Origin: an uncultured Chloroflexia bacterium
GTDB lineage: Bacteria > Chloroflexota > Limnocylindria > Limnocylindrales > CSP1-4
Length of the DNA stretch: 64,000 bases
Direction of reading: 5' to 3'
NCBI GenBank assembly: GCA_963746075.1
Contig: CAVUZY010000007.1
Span: 50,451-114,450 of the forward strand
The position numbers and the translations under genes were made by a program. A model generated the notes under the pieces. That model worked only from the letters and a program-made list of their open reading frames with translations, was not told where the DNA came from and ran no database searches. Positions 8,553-19,232 of this stretch are shown in pieces (the stretch's first letter is position 1; every line of letters starts with the position of its first letter).

Positions 8553-11500
8553 CTAAACCGCCGGAGCCACGCCTCCGGCGAGCAGCGCCGTCAGCGCCTC
8601 GGGTGGCTGCGGCCGGGCGAACCAGTAGCCCTGGCCGCGGTCGCAGACGAGCTCGCGCAGGCGCTCGAGCTGGCACTCGTTCTCGATCCCCTCGGCGACG
8701 ACCTCGATGCCGAGGCCATGGGCCAGCGCGATGACCGCCTTCACGATCGGCAGGTTCGAGTTGTCGTCGTCGATGCCGGCGACGAAGGAGCGGTCGATCT
8801 TGATCGTGTCGAGTGGCAAGCGCCGGAGGTACGAAAGCGACGAATAGCCGGTCCCGAAGTCGTCGAGCACGAGCCCGACGCCGAGGTCGTGGATCGCGCG
8901 CAGGGCATTGGCGACGTCCTCGCCCTCGTCGAGCAGGACCGACTCGGTGATCTCGAGCTCGAGCCGGTCGGGCGGCAGGCCGGTCGCTGCGAGGATGGCC
9001 TGGATCTCGTCGACGAGCGACGCATTGGCGAACTGCCGGGCCGACAGGTTGACGCTCATCACGAGCGCCGATTCGGGCCGGTCGTCGAGCCACTGACGGG
9101 CCTGGCGGCAAGCGGTCTCGAGGACCCAGCGCCCGATCGCCACGATCAGCCCCGTCTCCTCGGCGACCGGGATGAACGCGAGCGGCGAGATCAGCCCGCG
9201 GGTGGGGTGCTCCCAGCGCACGAGCGCCTCGACCCCGACGATCCGGTCGGTCGCGAGGTCGACGATCGGCTGGTAGTGCAGCCGGAGCTCGTCGCGATCG
9301 AGCGCCCGCCGGAGGTCGTTCTCGATCTCGACCCGATCGAGCGTGGCCGTGCTCATCTCGGGCTCGAAGAGGACATAGCGCGGACCCGGCGATGCTTTCG
9401 CCCGGACCAGGGCGACCTCGGCCTCGCGGAACACGTCGCCCGGGGTGGCCTGACCTGGCCAGGCCATCGCGATGCCCATGCTGGCGTTGACGTACCAGTC
9501 GCGGCCGCCGAGCTCGAACGGTTCGCGCAGCTCGGTCAGGATCCGATCGGCCGTCCGATGGGCCTCGTCGACGCCGACGATCCCGTCGAGGATGACCGCG
9601 AACTCGTCGCCACCGAACCGAGCGACCGTGTCGCCGGGCCGCAGGCAGCGCTGGAGCCGCTGGCCGACCGCCACGAGCAGCGCGTCGCCGACGGCATGGC
9701 CGAGGCTCTCGTTGATCACCTTGAACCGGTCGAGGTCGAGCAGGATCAGGGCGATCGGCGCGGCGTCGCCTGGCCGGGTCCAGGTGAGCGAGTGGGCGAC
9801 GCGATCGCTCAGCAGGTCGCGGTTCGGGAGGCCCGTGATCGGGATCGTACAGGGCGCCGCGCTGGGCCGCCTCGAACAGGTGTGCGTTGTCGAGGGCGAT
9901 CGAGGCCAGCTGAGCGAACCGGCTCAGGGCCGCGATCTCGCGCGTCCCGAACGTCCGCTCGTAGCTGCCCGACGCCAGGCCGATCACGCCGACGACCCGG
10001 CCGCCCGACGTCAGAGGGACGCCGACGACGGCCCCGAACACGAGCGTCGGCATGTCGCCGGCCCGGTTCGACCAGGCGTCGTAGTCGTCGACGGCGACGG
10101 GCCGGCCCTCGCGATAGACGAGGCCCGACAGCCCGCTGTCGACCGGCATCCGGTAGCCGAGGAAGTCGGTGAAGATGCCGATCCCGTGGCGGACGACGAG
10201 CGAGCCGCGGTCCGGTTCGACGAGGTAGATGAACCCGTGCGGCGTGCCGAGCAGGGCGGCGGCCCGGCTGATGATCGTCTCGAGCAGATCCTCGGGGTCG
10301 TGCCGGTTCATCAGCGCGATCGCGGTCTCGTCGAGGGCCGAGAGGTACGGATCGCGGCGGGCCGCCTCGGGATCGTCGGACAGGGTCGCCGGCTTGCTCA
10401 GATAGAGCGACTGGTCGGCGGCGGACACGAGCTCGTCCTTTGTCAGGCCGTCGTCCGGGTAGCAGGCGACGCCGGCCGAGATGCCGACGCGCGGGCCGGT
10501 CGGCGACGGGATGCTCGCGACGCCGCGGCGCAGCCGTTCGACGACCTCGAACGCGTCGATCCGGCTCGCGCCGGGCAGGATCATCGCGAACTCGTCGCCG
10601 CCGTAGCGGTACAGGGCGTCGCTCGCTCGCGTGGCGGCCCGCATCGCGTCGCCGACACCGGCCAGCAGGGCGTCGCCCGCCGGGTGGCCGCATGTGTCGT
10701 TGAAGCCCTTGAACGCGTCGAGGTCGAGCATCAGGAGGGCGAACGGGCTGCCCTCGGCGGCGGCGATCTGCTGGGCCAGCTCGCGCTGGAACGAGCCGTG
10801 GTTGCGGAGGCCGGTCAGGGCGTCGTGCTCTGCCCGGACGGTGATCGCGCCATGGGCCTCGGCGTTCTCGAGGGCGAGCGACGCCTGTCCGGCGAAGAGC
10901 TGGACGAGCTCGAACTCGTACTGGCTGAAGAACGCCTCCTCGCCACCCATCCGGGCGACGTTGAGCGTCCCGACGACGGAACCGCCGACGCGGACCGGGA
11001 CCACGATCATCGCCTCGGGCTCGTACGGCGTGCCCGGAATCTGGACGGAGCGCGGGTCGGCCAGGGCATCGTTGGCGAGCACCCCCTCGCCGTGGGCGAC
11101 GACCCAGCCGCTGATCCCGACCCCGATCGGCCCGGCATAGTCGAGGATCACGTCGGCGAACCGGTCACGGGCGACGACGGCGCGCCGGACGCCCGCCTCG
11201 AAGTCGCAGCGGTAGATCGTCAGGGCGTCGTACGGGACGATCGCCTTGAGCGAGTCTGCGATCATCTCGAGGATGCCCTTGGGGTCGCGGGTCGAGATGA
11301 GCCGCTCGTTGATGTCGAGCAGGCGGCGCTGGCTGGCCAGCTGATGCTCGAGCTCGCGCCGCTGCCGGTCGAGCTCGGCGAGCTGGGTTGCGTTCACGAT
11401 CGCCTGGGCGGCGTACCCGGCGAAGATCGTGAGCGTGGTCTCGTCCTCGTGCTCGAACCGGCTCGATTCGTCGGCCGACAGCACGATCACCCCGTACACG

Positions 11501-12617
11501 TGGTTCTCGAAGCTGATCGGGACGGCGAGGATCGCCTGGATCCGATTCGGTCGCAGGCGCGGGATCGCCCGGGGATCCGATCGCACGTCGTCGACGAGGA
11601 CGGCTTCGTTGTGCTCGGCCGCCCAGCCCGTCACGCCCTCGCCGACCGGGAAGCGGAACTCGTTCCAGTCGGGTTCGGTGCTGCCGAGGAACGTGCCCCG
11701 GAACGCGATCGGCTCGCACATGTTCGTGTCGTGATCGACGCGAGTACACCCGGATCGACTCGTACGTGATCATCCGCTCGCAGCCTTCGACGATCAGCTC
11801 CGCGATCTCGGTCAGGCCCCGCGTCCGGTTCAGGCGGACGGCGAGATCCTGGACCGCCTCGAGGCGGACGGCGAGCGAGCGGACCGAATCGTGGAGGCGG
11901 GCGTTGCCGACCGCGGTTGCCATCTGGTTGGCGAAGCCGGCGGCGAGCGCGGTCTCCTCGTCGGTCCAGGCGTGGACCACGTCCTGGTACAGCACGAGCA
12001 GCCCGACCGGCTCGTCACGGAAGATCATCGGGGCGAAGCACACGCTCCGGATGCCGTTTCGGGCGTAGAGGTCGCGGACCTCCTCGGTCGGGGTATCGGT
12101 GAGTGTGTCGGTGAGGGTCACGACGCGGCCGGTCTGGATCGCATGGAGGCCGGCGGACCCGGCATCGGCGCGGAGCCCCGAGACCCAGTCGAGGACCTCG
12201 TCGGTCAGCCCATGCTGGGCGGCCAGGCTGAACGGAAAGCGACGCGGGGCGTGATAGAGCCAGAGGCCCATCCGGGCGAGGGAGAACAGGTTCATCGCAT
12301 CGGCGACGACGTCGGCGAACAAGCGTCTCGAGGTCGATCTGGCCGCTGACCTCGGCGGCCAGCCGGCCGAGCGCCTCGGCGCCCGCCTTCGGATCGTGGA
12401 GGACCCGCATCCTCGCGCCGTCCGGTCGGCGCCGCGCGAGCCACGCATCGAGGTCGGATCGCCGAACGAGCGGGTCCTCGCGCGGGCCGGCGACCGAGGG
12501 CAGGCGCCCGCTCACGCACCACGCCCGGGCGGTGCCGCGGGTGATGCCCGCAGCGGCGGCGACCTCGCCCAGGGTCAGGAGCGCGTCGTGATCGGGTGGT
12601 TCAAATGCGACGGCCAT
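8553..12617 (-). CDS. Multidomain c-di-GMP enzyme: excisionase-like HTH, 3 GAF, GGDEF, GAF, GGDEF, EAL (frameshifts near 12320, 11740 and 9835)
   Basis: LLTLGEVAAAAGITRGTARAW...RRSDLDAWL (HTH_17-like); four GAF-like repeats; RASDALYRYGGDEF; RPGDTVARFGGDEF; VEALVRW, EITES, LDDFGTGYSS and EGIE. At 9835 one extra C interrupts YDPITG. Confidence 0.85.
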
Positions 12618-12749
12618 TGTGCGGCGGCGGTGACCTCGGTCTGGAGCATGCCGGCGGGCGCGCGAAATCGGACGTGGTCGCGCGGGCCCGCGGCTGTGAC
12701 CAACGGTACGGGCGAGGGACCTCGGCGGGCGATAGCCCAGAGGTACCGC

Positions 12750-13919
12750 CTACTTGATGTCGGCTCCGACCACCGCGTTCCACTTGCCGGTGATCAGGCT
12801 CGTCGCGGCGTTCAGCTGATCGAGCGTCGGGAAGACCGTGCCCTCGGTGTCGAGCACGTTGGCCAGGATCTCCGGCGGGATCGCGCTCCGCTCGGCCAGG
12901 TCGGCGAGCCGGACGGGGTAGCAGTTGGCCTTCAGCCAGATGGCCTGGCCTTCATCGCTGTAGAGGAACTCCATCCACAGCCGCGCGGCGTTCGGGTGAG
13001 GCGCGAACGCGCTGATCGCCTGGACGTAGGCGCCGCCGAGCCGGCCGGACTTCGGCACGCTGACGTCGATGTCGGGGGTCCCGCTCGCGACGTCGCGGTG
13101 AGCGAGGGCGTTGTACGTCCAGCGCATCGTGACCGGGGTCGTGCCGGCGTCGATCGTGGCCGGGGTGGCGATCGTCGGGACGAGGTTGCCGGCCTTCTGG
13201 ACCTTGGCGAAGAAGTCGAGGCCGGGCCGGGCGTTGGCGAGCGATCCGCCGTTGGCGAGCGATGCGGCATAGACGGTCTCGATGGCCTGGGAGGTCACGC
13301 GTGGGTCGCCGGCGAGGGCGAACTCGTTCTTGCGCGACGGTGCGAGCAGGTCGTTCCAGTCGGCCGGCGGGGTCGATCCGGCGGTTCGGTTGGTCTCGAA
13401 CACGAGCACGCCGTAGTAGCCGCCGTACCACGCGCCGGCGGCATCCTTCAGTCCCTTGGGGATCGTGGCCCAGGTCGAGACCTTGTACGGAGCGACGAGC
13501 TTCTCGGTCTTGGCCCGGGCGCCGAACGACATTCCGACGTCGATCACGTCCGGCGCCATCGCCGCGTTCTCGCGGTTGTCCCGGATCGCCGCCAGCTGGT
13601 CGGCGAAGCCCGCGCCAGGGCTCAGCTCGGTGATCGTGATCGCGTAGCGGGCGGCGAAGGTCTCGAGCGCCTCGCCGTAGCCACACCACTCGCGCGACAG
13701 GCCGATCGTCGTGAGGGCGCCTTCCGCTTCGGCTGCGGCGACGAGGTCGGCCAGCGCATCGGGCGATGCCGGAGCGTCGGCCGAAGCGGCGGCACTGGAC
13801 GTCGCCGTCGGAGCGTCCGATGCCGGATCCGGGGTGCGGGTGGCGCTGCCGCAGGCCGAGGCCATCAGCGTCACAGCGAGCATGCCCGCAAGGCCACGGA
13901 CCGTCCGGACGAGGGTCAA
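12750..13919 (-). CDS. ABC transporter substrate-binding lipoprotein (PotD/AfuA-like), paralog 2
   Basis: Lipobox MASAC; APDVIDVG; APHPNAARLWMEFLYSDEGQ. A TTG start at 13919 has GGAG upstream; an ATG at 13883 is the alternative. Confidence 0.8.
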   Translation of the reverse strand: MTLVRTVRGLAGMLAVTLMASACGSATRTPDPASDAPTATSSAAASADAPASPDALADLVAAAEAEGALTTIGLSREWCGYGEALETFAARYAITITELSPGAGFADQLAAIRDNRENAAMAPDVIDVGMSFGARAKTEKLVAPYKVSTWATIPKGLKDAAGAWYGGYYGVLVFETNRTAGSTPPADWNDLLAPSRKNEFALAGDPRVTSQAIETVYAASLANGGSLANARPGLDFFAKVQKAGNLVPTIATPATIDAGTTPVTMRWTYNALAHRDVASGTPDIDVSVPKSGRLGGAYVQAISAFAPHPNAARLWMEFLYSDEGQAIWLKANCYPVRLADLAERSAIPPEILANVLDTEGTVFPTLDQLNAATSLITGKWNAVVGADIK

Positions 13920-14029
13920 GCCCGATCTCCAACTGGGGGTGTCGAATGCCGTCGGCGCGGATGCCGCGCCCGCCAGCTCGTTCACCCATCGTAGCCGCGA
14001 TCGTCGGGCGCGTGTGGCTTCGCCCAGGC

Positions 14030-14770
14030 TCAGTCGGCGGTCGGGACCACGAGGGACTCGATCGACGCGAGGACCACGTCCGCGTCGTCTGACAGCTCGG
14101 ACGTCGTCGCGACGCCGCTCGTCACGCCGATCGCGCGGGCGCCCGCGGCTCGCGCCATATGCAGATCGGCGGGAGTGTCGCCGACCATCGCCAGCCGCTC
14201 GATCGGGACGGCGAGGCGAGCCGCGATTCCCGCGAGCGCGGCCGGATCCGGCTTCGTCGGCCCGTCGTCGTCGCCGCACACGACGTCCTCGACGAGGCCG
14301 GCGATGCCGAGGCCCGCGAGCGTCGCCTCGGTCGGTCGCCGGTCGTCGGTCGTCGCGACCGCGATCCGCCGGCCGGCCGCGCGCAGTGACCCGAGCACGA
14401 GCGGGAGGTCGGCGAGTGGCACGGCCCGCTCCACCGGGTCCGGCTCGAACCAGGCATCGGCGAGGATTCGCCGGGCGGCCGAGACGCTCGGGCACCAGCG
14501 GCGCAGCACGGCGCCGACGAGCTCCTGGAGCTGGCCCATCGTCGCGATCGCGAGGGGACCGCCGGCCAGGATGCGGTTCGCCACCGGGTCGTAGCCGATC
14601 GTCGTGAAGACGTCGCCCGCGACCGGCCGGCGCGTCGCCAGCTCGAGGCGGGCGCCGAGGTCGAGCGCCCAGCCGCTCCACATCGCGTCGAACGAGATCA
14701 GCGTGCCGTCCTTGTCGAACACGACGGCGTCGATCCCGGCGAGGACCGGGTGGAGGGTCGAGCCGGTCAC
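14030..14770 (-). CDS. HAD family hydrolase (phosphatase)
   Basis: VVFDKDGTL motif I, TKPDP, MVGDTPADLHMARAAG. Confidence 0.9.
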   Translation of the reverse strand: MTGSTLHPVLAGIDAVVFDKDGTLISFDAMWSGWALDLGARLELATRRPVAGDVFTTIGYDPVANRILAGGPLAIATMGQLQELVGAVLRRWCPSVSAARRILADAWFEPDPVERAVPLADLPLVLGSLRAAGRRIAVATTDDRRPTEATLAGLGIAGLVEDVVCGDDDGPTKPDPAALAGIAARLAVPIERLAMVGDTPADLHMARAAGARAIGVTSGVATTSELSDDADVVLASIESLVVPTAD

Positions 14771-14799
14771 GGAGTCTCGATCGCTCAGGGCGCGCCTGC

Positions 14800-15904
14800 T
14801 CAGACCTCGGCGATCGCCTGCTCGACCGCGTCGCTGGCGCTCGCCTGGCCGGCGAGGACCAGGGTCGCCTCCGGCGGGAACGAGATCGTGACGGTGTCGT
14901 CGATGCCGGTGGGGGCGAGGGCCGGGTCATTGAACTGGTCGAGCGAGACGGAGATCCCGTCGGCGATCCGGATCCGGGTCCGGACGATCGAGCCGAGGAA
15001 GCTGACGTCCTCGACCTGGCCGGTCAGGCGATTCGAGCCGCCGGCTTCGCCGAGCTCGACGGCCTCGGGCCGGAGCGCGACGGTGACCGGCCGATCGGCG
15101 CCGGTCTCGATCGCTTTCGGGGTCCGGATCGTCTGGCCGCCGACGTTGACCGTGCCCGCCGCGGCGTCCACGACCTTCGCCGGCAGGAGGTTGAGCGTGC
15201 CGACGAATGAGGCGACGAACGGCGTGGCCGGGAAGTTGTAGATCTCGGGCGGCGGGCCGATCTGCTCGACCCGGCCCTCGCTCATGACGACGACCCGGTC
15301 GGACAGCGACATCGCCTCCTCCTGGTCGTGGGTCACGTACACCGTCGTGATCCCGAGCTGGCGCTGGATCGCCCGGATCTCCTTGCGCAACGCGACCCGG
15401 ATCTTGGCGTCGAGCGCCGACAGCGGCTCGTCGAGGAGGAGGACCTCCGGCTCGATCGCGAGGGCCCGGGCGAGGGCGACCCGTTGCTGCTGGCCGCCGG
15501 ACAGCTGGTACGGGTAGCGGCCGCCCTTGTCCGACAGGTGGATCAGCTCGAGGAGCTCGCCGACCCGGGTCTTGATCTCGGCCCGCGGGCGCTTCCGGAC
15601 TCGGAGGCCGAACCCGACGTTGTCGGCCACCGTCATGTTCGGGAAGAGGGCGTATGACTGGAACACCATCCCGACGTTGCGCCGGTTCGGCGGGCGATGG
15701 GTGATGTCCGTGCCGGCGATCGTGATCGTCCCGGCCGTCGGCTGCTCGAAGCCGGCGATCATCCGAAGGGTCGTCGTCTTGCCGCAGCCCGACGGTCCGA
15801 GGAACGAGACGAACTCGCCCTTGCTCGGCGGCGAGGTTGAAGTCCTCGACGGCGTACGTCGTCCCGAATTGCTTCTGGATGCCGGTCAGCTCGAGAAAGG
15901 TCAT
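14800..15904 (-). CDS. ABC transporter ATP-binding protein (PotA/FbpC family, TOBE tail), frameshift near 15820
   Basis: [34 protein letters not shown]. Confidence 0.9.
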
Positions 15905-15924
15905 CGACGGGTTCCCTTCATCGG

Positions 15925-16812
15925 TCAGCGAGCCCCGCCGATCTGGACGCGGGTGCGCGAGCCGCGGCCGATCACCGCGATCGCGATCATCGCCAGCCAG
16001 GTCAGGCCGAAGCTGATCAGCGACACGGCTGCCGGCTCGAAGGCCCGGTTGGCGCCGAGCAGCTGGAGATACGGCCCGAACGCCGGCCGGACGAGGTACG
16101 AGGCGATCGTGTACTCGCCGATGACGATCGCGAGGGTGAGGAACGCCCCCGACAGAAGGGCAACCCGGAGGTTTGGCAGGATGATCCGGACGAGGATCGT
16201 CGGCCAGCCGGCACCCATGCTCTGGGCCGCCTCGGTCAGCGAGCGGATGTCGATCGCACGGAGGCCCGAGTCGACGGCCCGGTACATGTACGGCAGCGAC
16301 AGCACGATGTAGGCGAAGACGAGGAGCGCGCTGCTGCCGAGATCCGAGTTCGTGAGGGGCAGCGGCGGTCGGGCGAATGCCTTGATCAGGCCGAAGACGA
16401 GGACGACGGGCGGGACGACGAACGGCAGGAGGGTGACGAACTCGACGAACGGCCGGAGTCGTGGCGCGCGGAGCCGGACCCAGTAGGCCGTCGGGACGAT
16501 CAGGGCGATGCTCAGGACGACCGTGATCAAGCCGATCACGAACGAGTAGATCAGGCTCGCCAGGAAGCCGTCATCGGCGAACGCGTTCGTGTATGCCGAG
16601 AAGAGGGGCTTCGAGCGCATCGAGACCTCGAAGGTCGCGATCAGCGGCACGATGAAGTAGAGCGCGCCGATGATGAAGATCGACCCATGCCCACGGCGCG
16701 CCCCAGCTCCGCCGCTCGCGGGCGGCGGCCACGGTGACGGAGTCGCGGCGGGCCGCGTTCGGCTCGGGGGTCGCGCCTGGTCGGGGGCCATCTCCGGCCT
16801 GGGCGGCATCAT
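15925..16812 (-). CDS. ABC transporter permease (PotC-like); probable frameshift near 16690, start uncertain
   Basis: TM helices; EAAQSMGAGW EAA loop. Confidence 0.85.
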   Translation of the reverse strand: MMPPRPEMAPDQARPPSRTRPAATPSPWPPPASGGAGARRGHGSIFIIGALYFIVPLIATFEVSMRSKPLFSAYTNAFADDGFLASLIYSFVIGLITVVLSIALIVPTAYWVRLRAPRLRPFVEFVTLLPFVVPPVVLVFGLIKAFARPPLPLTNSDLGSSALLVFAYIVLSLPYMYRAVDSGLRAIDIRSLTEAAQSMGAGWPTILVRIILPNLRVALLSGAFLTLAIVIGEYTIASYLVRPAFGPYLQLLGANRAFEPAAVSLISFGLTWLAMIAIAVIGRGSRTRVQIGGAR

Positions 16813-17715
16813 CGCAGCCACCGCTCCGACCGCCGCTGGAGCCAGGAGTAGGCAAGGATCGAGACGCCCATCACGGCAACCATCCCCATCGCCATCGAGT
16901 AGCCGAGTCCGACGTTGTGGAGGACGTCGCCGCTGATCTGGTTGCCGATCGCGAGGGGCACGAGATTGACCAGTCCGGCCGACAGCTGATAGGCCGTCGC
17001 CTGGGCGCCGAAGGAGTTGCCGAACAGCAGGATCATGCTGCCGAGGATCGTCGGGGTGAGGATCGGCAGGGCGATCCTCCGCCAGTAGTCGAAGCTCGAT
17101 GGCGCCCATGTTCTCGGCGGCTTCGCGCCACTCGCGCTTCAGGCCGTCGATGGCCGGGGCGATGATCAGGACCATGAGCGGGAACTGGAAGTAGAGATAG
17201 ACGATCTCGACCCCGAACTTCGAGAAGAGATTGAAGTCGCCGTCATAGAGCCGGATCCCGATGCTGTTGAGGAGGTCGGTCACCATCCCCTGCGTGCTCA
17301 GGGTGTAGATGAACGCCAGGGCGAGCGGGATACCGGCGAAGTTCGAGGCCACCCCGGAGAACGTCATCAAGGCGCTCCGGAGCACCCCCGGCAGGCGGCC
17401 CAGGATCACCGCCGCGGCCAGGAGGAACCCGAAGATCCCACCGACGATCGCCGTGACGAGGCTGATCTCGATGCTGTTCCGGAAGGCGCTGACGACGAGC
17501 GGCGTCGACAACGCCGCGTAGTTGTCGATGGTGGGGGCGCCGGTCGTGTTGTCCGCGATGCTGCCGAGGGCCAGGAACGAGATCGGCAGCCCGAGGAACA
17601 GCCCGGCAAACAGGAAGAACGGCAGGAGGCCGAGGATCGGTCCCAGGCCGAAGCGACGAGCGGGGCGTGCCGTCGGCACGCCCCGCCCTCCGGGGTCGGT
17701 CGCGATCCCGGTCAT
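16809..17715 (-). CDS. ABC transporter permease (PotB-like), frameshift near 17095
   Basis: TM helices; EWREAAENMGA EAA loop. Confidence 0.85.
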
Positions 17716-17736
17716 CGTTCGTCGCTCAGTGCGGCG

Positions 17737-18873
17737 CTACTTGACGTCCGCCCCGACGACGGTGTCCCACTGCTTGGTGATCAGGTCCTTGGCCTTGGTG
17801 GCCTGGTCCGACGTCGGGTAGACGGCGCCGGTGATGTCGGGGAGCTTGGCGATGAGGTCGCTCGACACGTTCCGCTTCTTCAGGTCCTCGAGGCGGGTCG
17901 TGTGGCAATAGCCCTTCAGCCAGTGGGCCTGGCCCTCGTCGGAGTAGAGGTACTCCATCCAGAGCTTGGCCGCATTGGGATGCGGGGCGTAGGCGCTGAT
18001 CGCCTGGGCGTAGACGCCGAGGAAGCGGCCGGCCTTCGGCACGGTCACGTCGATCGCCGGATTCCCGGCCGCGGTGTCCTTGTGGGACAGCGCGTTGTAG
18101 GCCCAGCGGATCGTGACCGGCGTGACGCCGGTGTCGATCGTGCCCGGCTTGGCGATCGTCGGGACGAAGTTGCCGGCGTCGTTCAGCTTCTTGAAGTAGT
18201 CGAGGCCCGGCTGGGCGTTGTCGAGCGACCCGCCGTTGGCGAGCGCCGCGGCGTAGACCGCGTTGTACGCCTGGCTCGAGGCACGCGGGTCACCGGCAAG
18301 GGCGACCTTGTTCTTGTAGTCGGCGCCGAGGAGGTCAGCCCAGTCGGCCGGGGCCTTCGTGGCGGACGTGTTCGTCTCGAACGTCAGGATGCTGAAGTAG
18401 TCGCCGTACCAGTAGCCGTCCGGGTCCTTGAGCTTGGGATCGATCGAGTCCCAGGTCGCGACCTTGTACGGCTGGATCAGCTTCTCGGCCTTGGCCGGGT
18501 CGCCGAAGGTGATGCCGACGTCGATGACATCCGGCGCCTGCGGGCCCTTGTTGTCCTTGTTCGCCTTGATCGCCTCGATCTCGTCACCCGAGCCGGCGTC
18601 CGGCTTGATCTCGTTGACGGCCAGGCCGTACTTGGCCTTGAAGCCGTCGATCATCGCCCCGTAGTTGCACCAGTCGTGGGGCAGGGCGATGGTCGACAGG
18701 GTGCCCTCGGCCTTGGCGGCGTCGATCAGCGCCTGCGGGGCGCCGCCGGTGCCTCCACCGGTGCCGGTGGACCCGCCCGGCGCGGTGCTGGCGGTGGATG
18801 TGCACGCGCCCAGGACGACGACGAGTCCTGCGACCAGGGCGGTCCATTGCGGAATGCGACGCTTCGTGGTCAA
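17737..18873 (-). CDS. ABC transporter substrate-binding lipoprotein (PotD/AfuA-like), paralog 1
   Basis: TTG start with GGAGGAGG RBS; lipobox VLGAC; APDVIDVG; APHPNAAKLWMEYLYSDEGQ. Confidence 0.88.
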   Translation of the reverse strand: MTTKRRIPQWTALVAGLVVVLGACTSTASTAPGGSTGTGGGTGGAPQALIDAAKAEGTLSTIALPHDWCNYGAMIDGFKAKYGLAVNEIKPDAGSGDEIEAIKANKDNKGPQAPDVIDVGITFGDPAKAEKLIQPYKVATWDSIDPKLKDPDGYWYGDYFSILTFETNTSATKAPADWADLLGADYKNKVALAGDPRASSQAYNAVYAAALANGGSLDNAQPGLDYFKKLNDAGNFVPTIAKPGTIDTGVTPVTIRWAYNALSHKDTAAGNPAIDVTVPKAGRFLGVYAQAISAYAPHPNAAKLWMEYLYSDEGQAHWLKGYCHTTRLEDLKKRNVSSDLIAKLPDITGAVYPTSDQATKAKDLITKQWDTVVGADVK

Positions 18874-19147
18874 GACGTTCCTCCTCCGAGTCCGACGGGA
18901 TCTGTCCGAGCAATCGTTGCCTCGGCGGCGATCAGCCACCGGTCGGTCGCTCGGGTGACGGTTCGACGGCTTCGCGATCCGTCCTCCTGGTTGACGCCGT
19001 CCCCGTAGCCGCGGTCACGATACCGCGCCATCGGCCCGCGTGAGCATCGATTTTCGCAATGCGTTCGGTCGTGCCGATCGGCCCGGCTGCGCTCTCGAGC
19101 CGGCCCCACCTCGGATCGAAAGCGCGGCTCGGCCGCCACCCACGGAA

Positions 19148-19173
19148 ACGGCCGGCGGAAGTCCGCCGGCCGT
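19148..19173 (-). terminator. Intrinsic terminator after the betaine ABC operon
   Basis: acggccggcgg / ccgccggccgt 11-bp perfect stem, followed by TTTCC on the minus strand. Confidence 0.75.
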
Positions 19174-19232
19174 CACTGCATGGCGTCGGGCCGCCGCGTG
19201 GCGACGACCCGCCCGATCAACTGGTCAGCGGA

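Noticed and set aside
12618-12749. c-di-GMP riboswitch upstream of the GGDEF/EAL gene
   Set aside because: No GEMM-I or class II consensus recognisable on the minus strand.
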